Of a stretch of DNA of 28,061 bases, positions 7,473-13,409 are shown piece by piece (position 1 is the first letter of the stretch; every line of letters starts with the position of its first letter). The stretch lies in IMG/VR virus record IMGVR_UViG_3300035698_010745. One strand, 5' to 3'. Below the pieces are notes generated by a model, which saw only the letters and a program-made list of their open reading frames with translations, did not search any database and had not been told where the DNA came from. Made by a program: the position numbers and the translations under genes. The stretch is from an uncultured virus (IMG/VR IMGVR_UViG_3300035698_010745). Taxonomy: Duplodnaviria > Heunggongvirae > Uroviricota > Caudoviricetes.

Positions 7473-7492
7473 CGAATATCAAAGAATTATGA
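7473..7492 (-). promoter_or_regulatory. TCATAATTCTTTGATAwTCG motif (copy 2)
   Basis: Reverse complement matches 4679-4698 at 19/20. Confidence 0.6.
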
Positions 7493-7733
7493 AATTCGAT
7501 TCCCAGTGGCCCTACCAAGGAAAGGAGGGTGACATGGCAAAAGGAAGATACATTATTGAAGATAGCCTGTACGGTGACGATTACGCATGTCGTAAAATGC
7601 CTGCCGAAAAAGGAAGCGGTTTGTAAGTGTGTGGCCCTGAATAAGAGTCCGGCCTAATGTGGGACTCCCAGTGCCGACGGGCGCGGTCCGACAATTCTTC
7701 CCGAAGGGATGTGTCCGCTGAAGAAAAATTCCC

Positions 7734-7759
7734 CAGAATTGATGCCCCTTTGCGCAATG
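7734..7759 (+). promoter_or_regulatory. CAGAAT-N14-GCAATG motif (copy 5)
   Basis: Exact motif upstream of tRNA-Arg(TCT). Confidence 0.75.
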
Positions 7760-7782
7760 AATGCTTAGGAGGGGCAAGAGAT

Positions 7783-7859
7783 GCCCCGGTAGCTCAGTAG
7801 GATAGAGCATCGGATTTCTAATCCGGCGGCCACAGGTTCGAATCCTGTTCGGGGCACCA
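7783..7859 (+). tRNA. tRNA-Arg (TCT)
   Basis: TCGGA-TTTCTAA-TCCGG; A20; CCA end. Confidence 0.93.
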
Positions 7860-7875
7860 ACCCAAGGAATTGAGA

Positions 7876-9498
7876 ATGAGTAACGTACAGGGCCTTTTGC
7901 GGGTGGCGAAGGAGTCGGGGCAAGACTTCGAATGGTATCCCACAACAAATGAAATATTGGACGCCATTTGTTCTCATATTGACAACGGCGATTACGGCTG
8001 TCGCCACAATCAAAAGGTCCTGGATATTGGGGCCGGAAATGGCAAGGCACTGGTATATTTTCGGGACAAGGAAATTGCCTCTGAGGATGGTCTTTACGCG
8101 ATAGAGATATCCGAGCCCCTCCGTGCCGTCATGGATGAATCCATCTTCGTGATTGGCACAAACCTGTTCGAGCAAAGCCTGTGGGACAAGGCAGCCGACA
8201 TCACGTTCTGTAATCCACCATACTCCGCCTATGGGGAATGGGTGGCGAAGGTATTACGAGAATCCGTTTCCGAGCGCATTTATTTCGTTATCCCCCATCG
8301 ATGGAAGGATGACAAGAAAATCCAGGACGCCTTGCGCGACCGGGGTCCCAAGGTGAAGGCCAAGGTAATTGGCAGCTTTAATTTCGCCAACGCCGAACGC
8401 AGAGCCCGTGCCGAGGTGGATATTGTTTACGTCTACAACCCCATACGAGAGGATAATGACCCATTTGATTCATTTTTCCATGAATATTTTGGGGCGGTGG
8501 CTGACAAGTTCGATGACACACAAATTCCCACGCCCGACCCGGAGGAAACTAAGAGGGAAGAGGAAGCGGCCCAACAAAAGGTCGTGGGTGGCAAGAATAT
8601 AATCGAGCGGCTTGTCACCGGGTACGAGGACGAGCGCCAGCGCATCATCCTGGCTTACGAGAAGATAGGGGACGTCGACCGGGAAATCTTGGACGAGCTG
8701 GGCATCAACAAAGACCGACTCATTTCGACGTTGCGGGAGCGAGTTGTAAATCTGAAGAAAAAATACTGGGGATTGCTTTTCGATAATTTCGATGCTTTGA
8801 CCCGGCGGCTCACCTCGAAGACCCGTAACGCCATGATGGCCCGGCTCAACAGTGAGATGAGTGTGGATTTCACAGTGGGCAATGCCTACACCGTGGTCAT
8901 ATGGGCCATCAAGCAGGTCAACAAGTATGTCGATGACCAGTTGATGGAGGTGTTTGAGAGCCTTGTTGGGGCTGATTCTGCATGTGCCTACAAGAGCAAC
9001 AAGAAGCTTTTCATCGATAATTACTGGAGATACAGTGGAGAGGAGTCCAGGGCCACGCACTTCTATCTGGATTATCGGATTGTGACGGAGCGTTGTGGTG
9101 GGCTGGCCGTGGGTGACTTTGTCTATGGCCGGGAACGCGAAACCGGCTTGAGCGACCGGGCCTACGATATGATATCGGATGTGCTTACGGTTGCGAACAA
9201 CCTGGGGTTTGCGCACAAAGGTAGCGGCCCGCACCGCTCGTGGAGCCGGGGTGCCGAGTTCTTCCACACACACGATGACAAGGAACTTTTGAAGGTCCGT
9301 GCATTCAAGAACCAAAATTTGCATTTATTCCTGAACCAAGATTTCATGCTGGCCTTGAATGTTGAGTACGGGCGGCTACGTGGATGGCTGAGTAGTCCCC
9401 AGGATGCCGCGAAGGAGTTGGATGAGCCGAAAGCCATCGCCTTGTACGATACGAATCTTAAGTTGGGCCGCTCGACTGTGCCGCTACTCATGGATTGA
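7876..9498 (+). CDS. amino (N6-adenine type) DNA methyltransferase with DUF4942-like C-terminus
   Basis: DFEWYPT, VLDIGAGNG (motif I), FCNPPY (motif IV), C-terminal KVRAFKNQNLHL. Confidence 0.85.
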   Translation: MSNVQGLLRVAKESGQDFEWYPTTNEILDAICSHIDNGDYGCRHNQKVLDIGAGNGKALVYFRDKEIASEDGLYAIEISEPLRAVMDESIFVIGTNLFEQSLWDKAADITFCNPPYSAYGEWVAKVLRESVSERIYFVIPHRWKDDKKIQDALRDRGPKVKAKVIGSFNFANAERRARAEVDIVYVYNPIREDNDPFDSFFHEYFGAVADKFDDTQIPTPDPEETKREEEAAQQKVVGGKNIIERLVTGYEDERQRIILAYEKIGDVDREILDELGINKDRLISTLRERVVNLKKKYWGLLFDNFDALTRRLTSKTRNAMMARLNSEMSVDFTVGNAYTVVIWAIKQVNKYVDDQLMEVFESLVGADSACAYKSNKKLFIDNYWRYSGEESRATHFYLDYRIVTERCGGLAVGDFVYGRERETGLSDRAYDMISDVLTVANNLGFAHKGSGPHRSWSRGAEFFHTHDDKELLKVRAFKNQNLHLFLNQDFMLALNVEYGRLRGWLSSPQDAAKELDEPKAIALYDTNLKLGRSTVPLLMD

Positions 9499-9523
9499 CA
9501 CTGGCACCGGGAAGTGATAGATT
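9495..9523 (+). promoter_or_regulatory. sigma70-type promoter
   Basis: TTGACA-N17-TAGATT with TGn extension. Confidence 0.55.
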
Positions 9524-9550
9524 CTTCCCTACAACACAAGGAGGTTGGTA

Positions 9551-9976
9551 ATGAAAAGGATTGTTGTCGGTCTAATACTCGCTACTGTTGCCTGTGTCTG
9601 TGTAGCGGCTCCTCTCCCCAAGTCCGAGATAGGCATGTCGTCTAGCGGCATCAAAGTATATTACGCTCACGACCCGGTTTTCTACGGAACCCCAGAAGCG
9701 GAAGCGGACCTGAATATCCTGGGTAAGTTCGGAATGAACGTGGTTGACCCGAGTTGGCCAAGCATCCAGGATATTGTCACACAAATGCGTGCCGACGGGC
9801 AAACTGAGGAAGAAGTCGTGGAATATCTCATGCGATATGTGGATAGCTGCGATGCTCTCGTATTCAGAAAAATGGCGGACGGGACAATTTCGGCAGTCGT
9901 GCAGACAGCCATTGACCGAGCCAGAGGGGCTGGCAAGCCCGTGCTCCAGATTCCAGTTTTCCCGGTGTCTCCCTAA
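9551..9976 (+). CDS. exported protein with nucleoside 2-deoxyribosyltransferase-like fold
   Basis: Signal-peptide-like N-terminus; KVYYAH...VVDP...DSCDALVF...AGKPV pattern; AAGGAGG RBS. Confidence 0.6.
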   Translation: MKRIVVGLILATVACVCVAAPLPKSEIGMSSSGIKVYYAHDPVFYGTPEAEADLNILGKFGMNVVDPSWPSIQDIVTQMRADGQTEEEVVEYLMRYVDSCDALVFRKMADGTISAVVQTAIDRARGAGKPVLQIPVFPVSP

Positions 9977-10090
9977 AAATTTCGTGTCCGAATGTCCAGT
10001 TCAGGTGGGCATAGGGGTATGAAGGAGAGGTGTGGAAAATAGGCCCGAATTTCGGGCTGAAAAAATCTTTGATTTTTTCTTGCTTTTATG

Positions 10091-10120
10091 TAGACACCTT
10101 TTTGTTCCAGGTGGTACTAT
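10091..10120 (+). promoter_or_regulatory. sigma70-type promoter of ncRNA
   Basis: TAGACA-N18-TACTAT with TGn and upstream T/A tracts. Confidence 0.6.
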
Positions 10121-10131
10121 TCTATTGGATT

Positions 10132-10245
10132 CGAGCGTGGTGGCGGAAGGTTAGACGCACCGGAAGCTATCGCTCTCTGGTCCCGGAGGTGCCTTGGCCG
10201 AGGTTACTATTCCGGGGTACAGGCTACCATGCCTGTCCATGCTCG
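10132..10245 (+). ncRNA. tRNA-like RNA with enlarged, branched anticodon arm
   Basis: 9-bp acceptor-like stem; Leu-like D arm TGGCGGAAGGTTAGACGC; CCGGAA/TTCCGG stem; ACAGG/CCTGT T-like stem; own promoter and terminator. Confidence 0.65.
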
Positions 10246-10260
10246 TTATCCGTTAGAGAA

Positions 10261-10298
10261 AGTGCTCCGGGGAACGGAAGGCCCCGGAGTGCTTTTTT
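10261..10298 (+). terminator. intrinsic terminator
   Basis: AGTGCTCCGGGG...CCCCGGAGTGCT followed by a T run. Confidence 0.85.
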
Positions 10299-10335
10299 CT
10301 TCTCTCGCTGGTGTTGCTGAGGTGTATAATCAGAC

Positions 10336-10671
10336 ATGGGCAATTTCAAGAGCGTAATTATGCAAGCCGTGACAATGGAGCCTCCTCCAACGGTGAATGT
10401 CCCGGTGATAGATATTCATGCGCCGGGCCATATCCAACTCGACGGAACGTCACAGGTTGTCCTCTACAACGACGAAGTGAATTCTTTTGACCATGTGGTG
10501 CACTCCTTGCAAGATGTATTTGCCCATACCCACCAAATAGCTGAGAAAATCACGCTTGATGCTCATACTAACGGGAAAGCCATTGCCGAGGTAGAAGGAC
10601 ACACAGAGGCTGTCCGCCACAAGGGGCAGCTTTCGTCCTATGGAATTACGGCAGAAGTTGAGAGAATATAA
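10336..10671 (+). CDS. clpS: ATP-dependent Clp protease adaptor ClpS
   Basis: VVLYNDEVNSFDHVV...AHTNGKAIA ClpS signature. Confidence 0.88.
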   Translation: MGNFKSVIMQAVTMEPPPTVNVPVIDIHAPGHIQLDGTSQVVLYNDEVNSFDHVVHSLQDVFAHTHQIAEKITLDAHTNGKAIAEVEGHTEAVRHKGQLSSYGITAEVERI

Positions 10672-10713
10672 GTGGGGAAAACGGGACACGGTCCCAAAAT
10701 AAAGGAGGTCGGG

Positions 10714-11175
10714 ATGAAGAGGTTCGTTATTATCGTATCAGTGCTCTTAGGTGTAATTCTCCTTGCGGGCTGCGCCACAGGGCCGAAGAGCGCTCTGAGT
10801 GGGAAAGTCCTGCGGTCTGACTATGTCGTGTACTTTGAGCAGTCCGACCGGGTCCCGAAGGAAGTCCTGTTGGCGGCAAACAAGGAACCACAACCCCTCG
10901 CTTCGGCCTTGGGTGCCGTTCCCGTCGAAGTCATCGCGGAGGTTATCGACAAGGTGCTGGAGATTGTGCCGAAGGTAACAGAGGGGTATGGAGAGGAGCG
11001 CATGGCCAATGCCCTCATCGGACGTCGGATGTTGTTTGTCGGCTATGACCAGACCGAACAGCTCCGGGAAATCAAAAACATCGTGGACAGCATGGGCAGC
11101 TCCATCGAATACATCACGCCACAATATGCGCCAGGCGCGGGTGTTCGTGCTTTCGGGAAACCAGTCGAGAAGTGA
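10714..11175 (+). CDS. putative lipoprotein
   Basis: MKRF + hydrophobic stretch + LAGC lipobox; AAGGAGG RBS. Confidence 0.8.
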   Translation: MKRFVIIVSVLLGVILLAGCATGPKSALSGKVLRSDYVVYFEQSDRVPKEVLLAANKEPQPLASALGAVPVEVIAEVIDKVLEIVPKVTEGYGEERMANALIGRRMLFVGYDQTEQLREIKNIVDSMGSSIEYITPQYAPGAGVRAFGKPVEK

Positions 11176-11176
11176 C

Positions 11177-11659
11177 GTGACCCCCGAAGAAGCACAACAG
11201 GCCACAGAAAGCCATATAGCCGTTGTGAAAAGGCGGCTGGGGCAAGTTATCCAGTTCTTGGAAATTCGGGCTTGCGAACATGACGCCAGCAAGCTCGAAT
11301 CGCCCGAGGCCGAAATGTTCCAGGCTGTCACCGAAAACCTGTCGGGCCTGACTTACGGCTCCCCTGAATACGAGGCGCAGCGCCAAGAGATGCTAGGGAT
11401 GGCTCTCAAGCACCATTACGAGCACAACCGGCATCACCCGGAACACTTCGAGGACGGAGTGAACGGGATGAACCTGATTGACTTGGTAGAGATGTTCTGC
11501 GATTGGCTTGCTGCAACAGAACGTCATGCCGACGGGAATATCTACAAGAGCATTGATTCCACAGCCGAGCGACTAGCTAAGGATGGCATGCCCTTGGACC
11601 CCCAGGTGGTGTGCTTGCTGAGAAACACCGCTAAGTTGTTTGAGGCACAAAAGGAGTAG
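11177..11659 (+). CDS. DUF5662-family HD-domain protein
   Basis: HDASKL...HHYEHNRHHPEHF...MNLIDLVEMFCDW. Confidence 0.8.
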   Translation: MTPEEAQQATESHIAVVKRRLGQVIQFLEIRACEHDASKLESPEAEMFQAVTENLSGLTYGSPEYEAQRQEMLGMALKHHYEHNRHHPEHFEDGVNGMNLIDLVEMFCDWLAATERHADGNIYKSIDSTAERLAKDGMPLDPQVVCLLRNTAKLFEAQKE

Positions 11660-11674
11660 ACAGAGGTACGTGGC

Positions 11675-12067
11675 ATGATACATGTCCGCAACAAGCGTAC
11701 TTTCAAAGGCCCTGGGACTTATGTCGGGCGCGGGTCCTTTTTCGGCAATCCCTTCAGCCATGTTCCTTCAAAGATTGCCGAGTTCCGGGTGGAGACCAGG
11801 GACGAGGCCGTCGACCGTTACGAGCCATGGCTCCGGGACAAACTCTTGAATGAGGGTACCGTGCGTCAGGCATTCGATTTGCTTGTCGAGACTTACATAG
11901 CATATGGAGTATTGACCTTGATATGTTGGTGTGCGCCGGAGAGGTGCCACGCGGAGGTCATCGCCAAACTGATTGAGGAGGCTGTCTGTGCCAGAACGCC
12001 ATGTCACGAACATCAGGAACAAGGCCAAACCGTGGAAACGTCGGGCTGCGGCGAAAATGGCACGTAA
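11675..12067 (+). CDS. DUF4326-family protein
   Basis: YVGRGSFFGNPF and LICWCAPERCHAEVI. Confidence 0.85.
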   Translation: MIHVRNKRTFKGPGTYVGRGSFFGNPFSHVPSKIAEFRVETRDEAVDRYEPWLRDKLLNEGTVRQAFDLLVETYIAYGVLTLICWCAPERCHAEVIAKLIEEAVCARTPCHEHQEQGQTVETSGCGENGT

Positions 12068-12374
12068 CAAAACGTGGCCGGAGAAGATATTATGGAAACG
12101 CCTGAAGGACAAGCAACTGGGCGTCAACTTCCATGCTCAAAAAATCGTTCTTGGGTACATCGTGGACTTCTGGTGTCCCAGAGCGGCCCTCGTGGTGGAA
12201 GTCGACGGCTCTTACCACTTGACAGCAAAGCAAAAGAAATGGGATTCGCGCCGGGACGCAGTGATGAGGCGCAAGGGAATCTCGGTGATGCGGTTCACGG
12301 CGTCGGAGGTACAGAAGAACACCCCTGCCGTCGTCGCACTGATAAAGGTGAGGATGCTGAAGCGGATGGCCTGA
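11988..12374 (+). CDS. DUF559/Vsr-like endonuclease
   Basis: TWPEKILW...YIVDFWC...VVEVDGSYH...RD; GAGGAGG RBS before GTG. Confidence 0.85.
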   Translation: MPERHVTNIRNKAKPWKRRAAAKMARNKTWPEKILWKRLKDKQLGVNFHAQKIVLGYIVDFWCPRAALVVEVDGSYHLTAKQKKWDSRRDAVMRRKGISVMRFTASEVQKNTPAVVALIKVRMLKRMA

Positions 12375-12574
12375 AATGCCCCCGGTGTGATGGGGCAGCT
12401 CAAAGCGTCATCTATATGGGATTTCCGATGCATTTGTGCTCTCGTCGTGAGTGTAACACCCTATGGGGCTTCTGGTCTATTATCCCGTGCTTTTGGTTCA
12501 ACGGGTGGTTTGTGGCGTATGATGGGCGGTACTGGAAGGCACTATTGGTGTGGGTGTGGGGGAATGACGAATGA
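12371..12574 (+). CDS. hypothetical protein (start uncertain)
   Basis: 3' part of the 12074-12574 ORF fills the gap; CPRC..C motif, aromatic-rich; ATGA overlap with next gene. Confidence 0.45.
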   Translation: MKCPRCDGAAQSVIYMGFPMHLCSRRECNTLWGFWSIIPCFWFNGWFVAYDGRYWKALLVWVWGNDE

Positions 12575-12906
12575 AGAGGTCGGTCCGGGCGGCTCGTGAG
12601 ATTGCGTTCTGGCAGCCACGGTTCAGGTTGTTGGAGGGGTGGACCATCGAATTCGACACGGAGGATGAGTTCAAAGGGCAGTCCCATCATAACGTCCGAG
12701 ATAAAAAGGGACTCATCTTCGACTGGGGCCGGGGTATAATGCCTCGGGACTACATCTTCCATGAGATGCTGCATTTCGCATGGGCCGTGGTGAGAGTAGC
12801 CAAGAAGTATTTGGGGCCGGGTGGTAGCCGGGAGTGCGAAGAGACGGTGGTCCAGGACTTGAGCCGGATAGTGATTTATGAACAAGACATACCAGGGCGA
12901 GTGTGA
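12571..12906 (+). CDS. HExxH putative metallopeptidase-like protein
   Basis: IFHEMLH plus downstream EE. Confidence 0.6.
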   Translation: MKRSVRAAREIAFWQPRFRLLEGWTIEFDTEDEFKGQSHHNVRDKKGLIFDWGRGIMPRDYIFHEMLHFAWAVVRVAKKYLGPGGSRECEETVVQDLSRIVIYEQDIPGRV

Positions 12907-13216
12907 GCTATGCGAGCGGTTTGCGACAACATTATCGGAGCATCACCTCATTCCCCGCACTATGCATTCCAACAAGCGGGTCAAGAAGATGTTCACGCGG
13001 GCGGAGATGGTCACCCGAACGGCGGATTTTTGCCATCCATGTCACAGGGCCGTGCATGCCTTCTGGCACAACAAGGAGCTGGCCCTGGAGCATAACTCTA
13101 TTGAAGAGCTGCGGACTCAGCCGGAAATTCAGCGGCATATCGTGTGGGTACGAAAGCAGCAGCCCGGATTCAAGTCTAAGGGCCGTCGGAAGGATAGAAA
13201 GGAGAAGCAATGGTGA
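12878..13216 (+). CDS. small HNH-family protein
   Basis: CELCER...EHHLIPR...FCHPCHRAVH. Confidence 0.8.
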   Translation: MNKTYQGECELCERFATTLSEHHLIPRTMHSNKRVKKMFTRAEMVTRTADFCHPCHRAVHAFWHNKELALEHNSIEELRTQPEIQRHIVWVRKQQPGFKSKGRRKDRKEKQW

Positions 13217-13365
13217 AGGAGATTGTTGGTCTTGCGATAGCCATTAGCGGCTATGGCTTCGTTATCTGGATCATTCGGTTTGCCCACAAGGAGCGGATGA
13301 GAATGGTCCATCACATCTTGCAGAATATTCGTTCCCGTGGCCGTAGAATTACTTGTGTGGGATAG
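13210..13365 (+). CDS. small membrane protein (51 aa)
   Basis: AAGGAG RBS; single hydrophobic helix with basic tail. Confidence 0.55.
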   Translation: MVKEIVGLAIAISGYGFVIWIIRFAHKERMRMVHHILQNIRSRGRRITCVG

Positions 13366-13409
13366 CTGGATTTGATAATGTTTTTGTGTCACAAACTAAG
13401 GAGGTCAAA

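Larger units (their letters stand above)
6696..7514. mobile_element. endonuclease cassette inserted in the tRNA-Arg 3' end, with 20-bp direct repeats
   Basis: TTCGATTCCCAGTGGCCCTA at 6696-6715 and 7495-7514 flank a minus-strand gene. Confidence 0.75.

Noticed and set aside
7534..7733. ORF after GGAGG RBS (MAKGRYIIEDSLY..., 30 aa) or a frameshifted gene
   Set aside because: Short with stops in all frames and no recognisable motif; cannot tell a peptide from a decayed gene
7876..9498. Complete restriction-modification system
   Set aside because: No adjacent cognate restriction or specificity subunit; appears to be an orphan methyltransferase
10132..10245. tRNA-Leu with group I intron, tRNA-Sec or tmRNA
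   Set aside because: Insert is far too short, no anticodon loop is recoverable, and there is no TTC T-loop or tag reading frame
10030..10320. 96-aa ORF
   Set aside because: It spans a promoter, a structured RNA and a terminator, and its composition is not protein-like
13321..13346. Additional CAGAAT motif copy
   Set aside because: No GCAATG at 14-nt spacing, and it lies inside an ORF
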